Part shown: positions 11,580 through 22,654 of the stretch, in pieces | How the letters are laid out: every line of letters starts with the position of its first letter | How positions within the stretch are numbered: the first letter of the stretch is position 1 | Source of the DNA: Marsupella aquatica | Taxonomy: Eukaryota; Plantae; Marchantiophyta | Direction: 5' to 3' | Assembly: GCA_973895155.1 (NCBI GenBank) | Contig: OZ316891.1 | Span: 24,613,899 to 24,677,898, forward strand | DNA: 64,000 nt | The notes under the pieces: generated by a model | Told to the model about the DNA's origin: nothing | Seen by the model: the letters and a program-made list of their open reading frames with translations, nothing else | Database searches by the model: none | Program-made: the position numbers and the translations under genes

Positions 11580-12894
11580 ATCTTCGATGTGTTCCCTTGG
11601 CATAATGAGACAACATTTTTGCTTGCAACAATTTTCTCTTTTCACGTCATCAATTGATGCCTCTGTTGTTTTTGAAATTGCCTTGGTTTCCAACAACCTC
11701 CTCTTCTTTTCATTCGGATCTACTTGATTCCTCTTGTTAAAATTGTACGGCCTTGAACGCAGTACTCCTCTATCACTTACATCTGCATTGAGTTCATCCC
11801 TATCCATTGAGTCCATCCTCTCAGAACCTTCCACCAAAATGTCTGACAAAATTTTTCCATTTGCAACTAGTTTTGTTGAATCAATCCGCCATCAAATCAA
11901 ACTCACGACTCCCTTGTGGATGTTGGGAAAGTATTGTGCTGCCACGACATCTTTCACAGCAATCCCAACATGGTCATCACCAAGAATTTCATCATCAACT
12001 ACTGCCGTCACTTGAGGGACAGTGATCGTTCCAGTGGCAACCATTTTGGTTTGATCCAAACCAGTGTAGAGTTCAACCAACTCTGACATCCAGTTTTCCC
12101 GATGAAAATAGTCACACTTAGTGTCCGTGGTGTTCGCCAAACAAGACTGTGAAACAAAATTTGCCTTGTCCTTTTGCTTCTTAGAGGAAAATTTGTTGCT
12201 CCCATCGATATCAACATTCCATACTTTAATGTGGACGTCAACCACATCCCATAGAACCCAGGAGCCCTTTGCCTCTTCAATTGTTGCAGCTCCACCATGT
12301 GCGTAAGGTAAAGTCTTACTACCATGAATCACATCTGTGATTTTTACACTAACCCGAGACTCACCGAGTAATATGTTATGACATCTCTCCATTGGATCGA
12401 TCTTGAAAACAACTCCAAAGGCCACACAATGGCCAGAGATAAACATTTCAACCTCATCGCCTGGCCTTAGGTTGGTCGAAGCATCCTCCTCTACATTTGC
12501 AACATTATGGATGTTGTTATCTTTTTGAGTCGAACAACTACCAATACTGATGCGTTTTTGAGTAATCTTATTTGTAGATCGATATGCACATGACATATCC
12601 CAAATGACACATGAGTCAATGGCATCATGAAGATTTTCCGCCCTAGGCATTGGAAAAGGGAGCTTCCTGGTCTCACCAAAGGCCTTCTCGATGACCCCAA
12701 TTTGATTCTCTCCCAGCACAATATTTTGAACACTCTCTCGTGGATCTGTCTTTTGAACTGTCCCATTTCCAACGTTGTAACCATCCATTGTCAAGGTCAC
12801 ATCATCGCCCCTAGAAAACCTTTGAGACATCCTTTTCCTATTATCCTCCACACTGAAAAAAATGGATTAAAACCAAACTCATGCAAATATCCTC

Positions 12895-13930
12895 CAATTC
12901 CGGATTTGGACTAGGACCATCCGAGTCTGGATTTGGACCGGGACCATCCAAGTCCGGATTTGGACTGCAATCCTTCGGGTCTGGATTTGGACTACGATCC
13001 TTCGATTCTAGATTTGGACTGGGACCATCCGAGTCCGGATTTGGAACGGGACCATCCAAGTCCGGATTTGGACTACAATCCTCCGAGTCTGGATTTGGAC
13101 TACGATCCTCCGATTCTAGATTTGGACTAGGACCATCCAAGTCCGGATTTGGACCGGGACCATCCAAGTCCGGATTTGGACTGCAATCCTCCGAGTCTGG
13201 ATTTGGACTACGATCCTTTGATTCTGGATTTGGACTAGGACCATCCGAGTCCAGATTTGGACTGGGACCATCCAAGTCTGGATTTGGACTGCAATCCTCT
13301 GAGTCCGGATTTGGACTACGATCCTCCGAGTCTGGATTTGGACCGGGACCATCCAAGTCCGGATTTGGATTGCAATCCTTTGAGTCTGGATTTGGACTAC
13401 GATCCTTCAATTTTGGATTTGGACTGGGACCATCCCAGTCCAAAGTTGGAATTGGACCATCCCAATCCAAACTAGGACTCGGACCATTCCAATCCAAACT
13501 AGGACTCGGGCCAACCCAATCCAAACTAGGACTCGGGCCATCCCAATCCAAACTAGGACTTGGGCCAACCCAATCCGAACTAGGACTTGGGCCATCTCAA
13601 TCCAAACTTGGATTGGGACCATCCAAGTCCAAACTTGGACTCGGACCATCCCAATCCAAACTTGGACTCGGACCATCCAAGTTCAAACTTGGACTCGGAT
13701 GATCCCAATCCAAACTTGGACTCGGACCATCCTAATCCAAAGTTGGACTCGGACCATCCCAATCCAAACTAGGACTTGGACCATCCAAGTTCAAACTTGG
13801 ACTCGGATGATCCCAATCCAAAGTTGGACTCGGATGATCCCAATGCAAAGTTGGACTCGGATGATCCTAATCCAAACTTGGACTAGGACCATCTGAATCC
13901 AAACTTGGACTAGGACCATCCTAGACCAAT
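12895..13930. repeat. Tandem array of ~38 x 27-bp palindromic units (TTTGGACTGGGA-CCA-TCCCAGTCCAAA type)
   Basis: 9-aa periodicity in all translated frames. Perfect inverted repeat with 3-nt spacer at 13418-13444. Confidence 0.92.
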
Positions 13931-14924
13931 CCATGATGTAATGGGAGATAAACTTCAAACATCTTAAGCTAAGAAAAATCCAAATTTATGAAGACTCCGT
14001 ATTTTACGGATCTCCCTATATGGTGTAGCCTAAAGTTTGCGTGGTCTTAAGGCAGACCCTAATGTCTGCATACAATTTCATGAAATAATGGAACCTTGTA
14101 TTTGAATGCATTAACCTTATACTCACCTTAGTATTAAGATCTGGTAGAAGATGAATATCACATCCAAGGGGTATACATTGTTGTTTGTAGATTGGTAAAA
14201 ACTTCCCAAAACCTTGAAATACAAGCTATATGCCACTAAATCTTGGGAGTAAAAAACAAACTGAACCCTAAACCACACATGTCTGTAAAAGATAAACTGA
14301 GAGGACTCCAAAAGTCAAGAAGCTGGCTAAGCTGACCCATTGAAGGTAAGTGGCTCAATACATAACACATTAAGAGAAACTCCGGATTACATGGAGCTTA
14401 GATTTGGGAAACTAGAACAAGAATGAGCTCCGAAATGGGCGTCTCCCAAATTATACCCTTCGCTTGAGTCGGCTCAACCGGAAATTGCATGAAGATAAGG
14501 GTTGAGTATGCGTTCACCCTAGCTTGCGGACACTCCTTATCTTCACGAGCCTAATTGCGCGGGGACTACCATGCAAGGCTGTTAGGTAGGCAGAACATCA
14601 AGAAAGGAGGTCCGTATGCAAGGTGAGGGCAACGGGCCGTACGCAGGAGCAGGCCGTATGCAGGAGAAGGAGGCAACCGGCCGTACGCAGGCTGGGGTGA
14701 GGCAGGAGGGGGTAAAGGGACGGAGAGGTCCAGCCAGGACCTCATTCTCATTCTCTCACTCCGAGACTCCTTGCTCTCTCGCTCTCCTCTCGCTCTCCGC
14801 TCTCTCTCTGCTCTCTGCTCTCTCTCTGCTCTTCGCTCTCTCTCCGCCTCCTCGCCTCCGCCTGCCTCCGCCTTCCGCCTCCACCTCCATTCTTTTTTTT
14901 GCCCTAGATCGGACGCTTGCTAAG

Positions 14925-17900
14925 ATGCCACATGTCATGCTGCCACGTGTTAGAAAGATGGAAGCAAATCGCGTCCTTGTGAAGTCCTACGTGGAAGAAA
15001 CAGAGGAGTTTGACCTCTCCTTTATGAGCGACAGTGTAGAACTGGTACTCAAAGACTCCAGACAATTTCAATCACGAATCCCTAGTAAGTATCCATTACC
15101 TATCCTCCCTAAGTCTTAGAGGACTGGGACCATCCGGGTCCAAAGTTGGACTCGGACCATCCCAATCCAAACTTGGACTCGGATAAGTTGGACTCGGACC
15201 ATCCCAATCCAAAGTTGGACTCGGATGATCCTAATCCATCCAGGAGATTGAATCCCGATTGTAGGAGCAAGTCTAAAACCATCTCAAGTTGGACTAGGAC
15301 CATCCTAATCCAACAAGAGTTATTCAAATGTTTTAAAGATTTTAAGTCTAACATGGATGATGTTTATGATGCAGGGAGCAATCTTGTTGGTTTCAAACCT
15401 GCGATTGCACCGACCCACTGCCTAGACGGATTCTTACTAGATGAGAGATCCCCACGCTTCCGATGGGGGCTTGAGTTCTCAAGAACCCCGCTTAATAATT
15501 AAGTGCCATCAAGCACGATTGAACCTGTTTTGACCTTAAAGTGCAGAGAAAATGATAGCCTGACTTTTGTTTGCGGACCTGTGGTCTCTGTTGGCATTGG
15601 AGGGAGAGGGATGAATTTGGTCATTCTGGAGATGCACGATAGGTCTTGTTGGGTTAAAGTTAACCTTCTGTCAAAGGCATACTCCTTTGAATTCAATGTT
15701 GAATGGCACGCAAGTGGGGAATTGAGCATTTTGTCAATGGGATTTTTCCCAAAGACCTATGACACAAAGAAGTTGGTCGCCGGGGTAACTGGTATGCTTC
15801 CAGTCAACATTATGTATGGGTTTCAATATTTGAAACTCAACATGATGAAGCACCAAGGCAATTTTTCTTTTGCAACTACGTGGATGTTAAGCAATTTACT
15901 TGAGAAAGCTGGATTGTTATCGTTGGAGTCGGAGGAGCCTGGTGTTTTAATTGATAAGGATGTTGCATTTGCTCCCAAGTTTGATTTAGTCAAAGCAAAG
16001 CAATGGATAGAATCTTTGTCCAAGACAAGAAAGCTTCCAGCGGTGAATACAAACCCTGTGCCCGAGCAAGTGCCAGAGAAAGCTCCAGAACCTACAACAG
16101 AGACCGCGGGAACTACAACAGCGACCTCTCAAAGAGCAGTGGGAAAACAAAAACAAAGCCAAAGGAAACCTCCGGTTGAGAAGAAACTTCCAGTTGAGAA
16201 GCCAGTTGAGAAGCCAATTGAGAAGCCGAGTACAAGAAGCCAAGTTGAGAAGCCAATTGAGAAGAAACGTCCGGTTGGGAAGCCGAGTGCAAGTGAAAAG
16301 AGGCCAAGACAGAAGAAGAAACAGAAAATTGACAGTGCCATCATGGATGACACTACAGAAAACCTAACAGTGCATTCACAAGATGTGGACGAGCAGTTGG
16401 ACGCTCCTGAGGAGAAGAAGGTCTTAGAAGGTAGTGAGGTACTACAACAAATGGAGCAATATTATACGTTTGGGATCAATTCGATATTTTCTATTCCCGT
16501 AGAGAGTATTTTCCCTACGTTGGCAAAACTCTGTTACAGAATGTTGAATGCAGACCATGTAAAGGATGTGGCCAATTCCATGATAAGAAATTCGGGGCAT
16601 GAACCACACATAGCAGACTTGATTCCTTACACTGCAAAACATAGAAACCTAATGTAGTATGACAACACGGAATCAGATAGGAGGGACTTTGTAGCAGCCG
16701 TGAAAAAGGGCGAGGTTCAATTCCTTGCCATTAGCGGTCAACATTCGGCCAGAGCAGCCGGATGGATTCAAGAATGGGCAAACAAGGATGCCAAGCTAAC
16801 AACATTGGAAAAAAAGCTGGAATTTTGAAAGTCAAGAATATTATCTCATCGAACACCATCATCAATATTAGTTGAGCATTCAATGCAATCTAATGCGATC
16901 AATAGCACGATGGTGTTTCAGTCATGCTTCAAAAATACAGTCGTTCATGCTAGGCGAGAATTTGTGGAATGTGGAAGACCTGGCCGGCCAAAACATGGGG
17001 ACAACAAAAAAGGCTCAAGACAATCAAAAATTTCAGGTATGAAGTGTTACCGCTTGATGGGTACAATACCGTAGATTCATGCACATTCAATAGAATATTT
17101 CCACTAATATCGCCTAGTTTTGCATTGGATTGGGATGGTCCCAGTCCAAATGGATTCATGCACATTCAATAGACTATTTCCACTGATATCGTCTAGTTTT
17201 GTGTTGGACTATGATGGTCCCAATCCAAATGGATTCATGCACATTCAGTAGAATATTTCCACTGATATCGCCTAGTTTTGCGTTGGACTGGGATGGTCCC
17301 AGTCCAAATGGATTCATACACATTCAATAGATTATTTTTCCATTGATATCGTCTAGTTTTGTTCTAGACTGGGATGGTCCCAGTCCAAACTAAATCATGC
17401 ACATTCAATTAAATATTTCCACTGATACTGTCTAAATCTGTGTTGGACTGGGATGGTCTCAGTCCGCACCTGAGTGCTTTCAAACAATTGAGTTATGGAG
17501 AACTAACAGACTTTCCTTTGCAATTGTAGGATTGGTTGGCTCTTGCAAGAATGACCATGGGAAGGAAAGATTGTCGAAATGTTTACTGGTAACTATTTGC
17601 GGACAATGCTCTTTTTGAGTTATGGAGTTTGGTATGCCAGTTGTGGTTGGATGGGAAACTTCCCGATGGAGCTGGGGTAGAAGGAAATGAGAAGTCTGAA
17701 AAAGCAATTACTGTTGCCATGTTTCGTTGTTTTGATGGTGAGTTGATCTCACAATGAGACATCACAAGAATACTGACGCGGGTGAAGTCAAGAAAGGTAT
17801 TGCTAAAGAAAGATGCCTCTAATAAGTCAGACATGCCATCTATAGAGGAGTTGGCCAAAGATGTGAAGATCGTGCGGAAACTGAAATCCCTTATTGAAGA

Positions 17901-19898
17901 CTACTATTGCACCAAGGATGCAGTGAATTTCCTGGAAAATACTAATTGGGGGAAAGTAGTTGAGGTTCTTCCTACGCTAGCAATTGATTTAGAGTGTTCA
18001 GCAGGTGTCAAAGAGCCGCTGGCGAGGTCTATCTTGCCAACCTTTTAAAGCCAAATCATACGCGGGAGAGCGCAATCTTGCCGACGGCATTGACATTCCG
18101 CCTAGATGATATATACTGCCAGAAATTTGGCGAAGGATCACGTTCTCGGACCCTACCATGGGTTGCATTTTTAGCGACAATGTCATGAAGACCATTGATC
18201 CAGAGTCATTGCAAGAAGCTCCTTTGACCTGCCCTCTTGCCATTGTTGATTTTAGCCGGCTTCCGCAAAAACAATGGACTGAAGCAGAGATTCTTGTTCT
18301 CTTTGAATATATTGTGGAGCTTCCACAAAATCCCACGATTGTTGTGACGATAACAGTTCATCCTGGACAACTTGCATTGAATGTCCATGGTGCCCTTCGT
18401 AAATTGGGACAAGAGAAAGCTTTGACCATTCACATTGAGTATGGGAGTTATTCTCGAGATGATCAACTGCACCCTCATGACTCATGTTGGGGTGGGGGGA
18501 TTGAAGAAGTTATCTTTGCAAGGATTTCTCGAGATGAAGACGTCAATTGGAATGAAGTTTTCAAGCCCAACTATCCAAAGCCAAAATTCTTGTATACTTC
18601 AAAGGATGTTGATTACGAAGTATGCAAGATTGACAAGGGAAAGGGGAAGGCTAAGGAATCAGATGAGGGGACACAAAACGACGACCTAAAAGTGGTTTTG
18701 GACCCGGAAGAGGCCGTCAAGATTATGAATCCCTCAATTTGAGATAGTTGGCAGTCGCGGAGGGTGGGTTAATCCTCATGCCAAACCCATGTGGATGATT
18801 TGAAGGATTATTGAATCCTTGTCAGAATCGGGAGATTTGGTTCTAGATTTTTTCTCCGGTGGCCAAGTCATGAAGACATCATTTTTTTGCGATAGGGAAT
18901 GCTTTGTTTATTGTGACTCTCACTCTGAGAGGCATTTTGTGGAAGCTTTTGCTTCCTACCTTTGCGAGAGAGTTCCCTCACTTAAAGCCCATTGTGAATC
19001 ACTTGCTGAAAATTCTCAACAATGGGCTACCATTGTTGCGGCTGTAGCTATTGCTGTTGAATCTGATGGTTCTGAGTCTGAAGATGTTGCTGACAAAGTG
19101 GCTAAAGGCGTAGAGGCATCAGAGGAGGCATATGTCAAGAATTTGGATGATCGTGTTGGTCAAGGTGAGCCTTACGATGTAGATGATGATATTGGACTTG
19201 CACCAAACCGTTCATCTGGTTTAGATGACATCCCTTTGGGGCCCAATGAAGTTCAAGTTGATGATAACTTGGACAAGGATGATCCCAATCCAACAACGCC
19301 GGGAGGACAAATGGAGCAACTGGACGGAGCAAGGGTTGATACGTTTGATCATCTTTCTTCAACCAATCTGATCAATGAAGGCGCAACGAGGCTTGGAGAT
19401 TCAAATGAAGTTGAAACTAAAGAATTGACTCTGGGGGAGACTGGCGGATTGCCTGACATTCCCATCAATCCAGGAGGAAATGCATCAACGGCTGCTGACA
19501 ACCAGGCAGGTGCTTCAACTTGTCTTGACACACTCTTTTCAGCTTTTGATGACAAATTGGTGTTTGTTCATTCACACTCGGGGAGTCCTATTGTCCTTCC
19601 GCTCTAAAAAAAGAAAGGAAATAGAGTTGGATCAACTAGATGGAGGTCATTGGAACGCGACGCACGATGTTACGTGTGGAAAAGTGGATCAAATTGAGGC
19701 CAAGAAATATCATTGGATGCTGCTCCTTCAATTCTCAATAAGGAGGAGTATAAGAGGGGAGAATTGGGGTTGATAACTCCTATTTGGACTTCACCTTATT
19801 GGGTAGAACAAAGTACTTCAGATGTCAATTTTAAAATCCAACAGGAACTTGGTGCTGACATGATTATTGATGAATACGGATCTCTTATTTCGGAATGA
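14925..19898 (+). pseudogene. Spliced, decayed gene encoding ParB-like domain plus beta-class N4C/N6A DNA methyltransferase-like domain (transposon 1 cargo)
   Basis: ParB-like YRMLNADHVKDVANSM...FLAISGQHSARAA (about 16530-16760). Motif-IV position CPLAIVDFSR (about 18230). Motif X/I NPHAKPMWMI*RIIESLSESGDLVLDFFSGG (18771-18863). GT-AG introns near 15085-15375 and 17037-17529. Several in-frame stops. Confidence 0.7.
17074..17470. repeat. Intronic tandem repeat, ~5 x 79 bp, each with the same palindrome (TTGGACTGGGA-TGG-TCCCAGTCCAA)
   Basis: Units start at 17074, 17153, 17232, 17311 and about 17393, inside a predicted intron. Confidence 0.88.
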
Positions 19899-20382
19899 AA
19901 TTCAACCTTTGACTTTCTATTTATTCACATCAATCTAAAATACTTCTCGGTCTCATAGAATGCGCTCACCAATTAAAGTCTCCATATACGTCTATAGATT
20001 GTGAGGCTTCTAAAAACGGTAAGTAGGTTAATTTTCTTTTTTGTCAGCCATTGTCTTGTATTTTTGGACTGAGACAATCCTAATCCAAAGTTCACTTTTG
20101 GTCTTTTCTCTCCCGGGGTCCTCACTTCTTTTCTTCCAACCCATCACGCGCGAATAAGTATAGGGTTTTTTTATTGGGTTTAGTGAAATACTTTTAAATT
20201 TTTGTTGAAAAACATTAGGGTTATTTTAATCCAATTTTCAGAATGATAAGAATCATAGGGTTTTTTAAAATCAAATATGGGAATATTCTTGGAATATTCC
20301 ATTAAGTTAGGGGTAAAACAATTCCTAAAAAAAACTTTATTGACTTAACTTTTAGGGTGTTTATTCCCCCAAAACTTCGAGC

Positions 20383-21135
20383 GTGATATGGGACACCCCT
20401 TGGATTGAGGCCCCCAAGTTTTCTCTGAGAATGGTGTTTGGTGCACTTGCAGAATCGAGACCTGGTCCCGTCAAGCGGAAGTTGTTGATTTTGGACCTTA
20501 ATAAAATACTTTGGGATTCTATTGAATTCCAAAGCAAGGGCACATCCAGGAATATTGTCACCTCAAGTGGAGTGCATTGGGATAGAAAAAATGATATTAG
20601 TCGCATGTATACAGAACGACCAGGGCTCCATGAGTTTCTAAAGTTGGTTTTTGACAAATTTGACGTTGCAAGTTGGACATGTGCTGGGATACCGCGAACA
20701 ATAAAAATGTTGAACATGATGTTCACTGATGAGGAGAGGTCAAAACTCCAGTTTGTATTCACACACGTGGAAGCTTTTGACACAGGCATTCAAAGGCGTG
20801 ACATTACAAACGGAAAGGCAAATGTGCTACTGAAGGATTTTCAGGTGGTATGGAATGCATTTGGAGATCTATATGATGAAACCAACACCCTCCTTGTGGA
20901 TGACTCCCCCTTTAAGGCATTTGCCAACCCAGACATGACCGGATTATTTCCAGTGCCCTACACGCATGCCAATCATGGAGATAATTTTCTTCTAGCAATT
21001 CTTTGGCCATGTCTTGAGAAATTATCACCTCGGGGGTTTCACTTCCACAAAAATGGCATATCACGTGCGACGAAGGATAGGGTCATTTTATTGGTTCTAA
21101 GGAAAGACTTAAGAATTTTTGTAGAAGAACAATAG
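20383..21135 (+). CDS. FCP1/NIF-family HAD phosphatase-like protein (probably transposon cargo; exon limits uncertain)
   Basis: KLLILDLNKIL (motif I variant), ERPGLHEFLKLVFDKFDVASWT, LLKDFQVVW, NTLLVDDSPFKAFANP. Confidence 0.75.
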   Translation: MIWDTPWIEAPKFSLRMVFGALAESRPGPVKRKLLILDLNKILWDSIEFQSKGTSRNIVTSSGVHWDRKNDISRMYTERPGLHEFLKLVFDKFDVASWTCAGIPRTIKMLNMMFTDEERSKLQFVFTHVEAFDTGIQRRDITNGKANVLLKDFQVVWNAFGDLYDETNTLLVDDSPFKAFANPDMTGLFPVPYTHANHGDNFLLAILWPCLEKLSPRGFHFHKNGISRATKDRVILLVLRKDLRIFVEEQ

Positions 21136-22654
21136 GGTCTTTTAAATTCAATTTTGAGACTTATAAGAACATTAGCATCTTTTTAATCCAATTTTTAGAA
21201 TATTCCAAGAATATTCCAACTTTATAGGGGTTAAAAAATAATTTTTTTTCTTACATTTTAGGGGGTCTAAGGCCTAAAAACGTTGCAGGCAATGGGAGGT
21301 CCCCATATAGTGAGACCCCCGAGACTATCACATGCAAGTGACATTCGATGTTATCTTCTTCTCAACTCTCCAAAGTGGTCTCTTTTGCACATGAAGAGAG
21401 ACAAGGCAAAAAATGAGATTACTTATGATCAACTTAGCAAGAGATTTGCAGCAAAAATTTGGAAGTCACAGTTGACGCATAGTGTGTTGGACCTCAATAG
21501 CAATGAGATCCCTTGGAATGTAAAGCACCGTATATGTAGTTTACGTCATGAGGCGGAACTTGACAATGCACTTGTCAACTCACTTGCTAAATCATTTTTA
21601 GGAAAGGACTATTCATGTCTATATAGAGAAAATCCCAGACACTTTTTGCGGGAGATTATAGCCATTAGGAACAACATTTAGTTTGACATGGGTACATTTA
21701 GTTCCGTGTCGGTAATCACACATCAAAATGTGGTAATATACCGAGAGTGTGCATAACTAAAACAGGCTTCTGCGCTATCACACCTGTCTCCTAGGACTCA
21801 ATTTGATTGGGTATCCTCCTTTTACCTTGGGGGTAAGGGTTTCATACATTATACCCTTATCAGGTTCAGCTCTCTCATGCCTGCACAATAAATCGAGCCA
21901 AGAACACTTAATAATGTCAAAATTGAAACCATGGAATTTATACTTGGGTGGTAAGTTGCAAGGGTTTTTCACATATTACTACTAATTAGCAAACAGAAGT
22001 CAAGCTAGAGTTGGGTCTAGGCTTCTAGAGTGAAACCTCTAGACTCTAACTCTAGGGCCCCACCAAATGTATGCTTATGGAGAGCAGAATTGAGAATCTA
22101 ATGTATGGTACATCAAAATGGATCATGCATGTTGATTTTTGTTATCATTCTATTGCCATTCAAAGAATGAGCATTCAGGCTCGTCATTCAATTCAAAAGA
22201 CAGACATGTTGTGCAGTCTCATTGGTAGAGAGTATCCTGAGTTAGGTTCCTCATTTCTTTGAGGGCTAGCTATAGTCCCCAAGGGTTCACAGGCCATGCC
22301 CCCCTAGAGTAAGCAGGCAAGTGAATATTGAGAAACATATGCTGGGGACTAGATCCTGACACGAACACAAAGATTTAAATCAGGGAATCCCGAGCCAGGT
22401 TTGGAGCCAGCTTTGTGAGGGGCTTGTGTCGCATAACCTTTAATGAAAATACAAACTAAGGTCACAAGAAAGGTTAGAGGACATGGATGGATGCAAATCA
22501 ATCTCAAGTTCTAGATGTCATTCGGCAAGTCTGTCGACTCCCTTCGCTCGAATTCTTCAGACTGGGCTGGATAAGAGGCTCCATTCCAAAGGCAAATGCA
22601 CGGACTAGCTGTACCAAACTCTGTCAAATTAAGGTCAAGTATATGGGTACTTAC

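Larger units (their letters stand above)
8621..12851 (-). pseudogene. DNA-transposon transposase, N-terminal part (three Tnp1/En/Spm-type repeats, then Cys-rich Sola-like region), split by a solo LTR and cut by the LTR-A nest
   Basis: 11892-12851 has three repeats of V(A/G)xGxV..DP.....LG....V..........LP.....A....V.W. Then CCKQKCC..., continuing across the solo LTR into VCRHA, YHLP, YKIWSNSF and FAKCTLC...H. The catalytic C-terminus is not in the window. Confidence 0.55.

Noticed and set aside
12841-13896. Repetitive ORFs (DGPSPNPDL / GLGPSKSGF) on both strands
   Set aside because: By-products of a 27-bp palindromic array, open in several frames and apparently intronic.
12895-13930. CRISPR-like appearance of palindromic arrays (also 17074, 46440, 53080)
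   Set aside because: No unique spacers, no cas genes, eukaryotic context.
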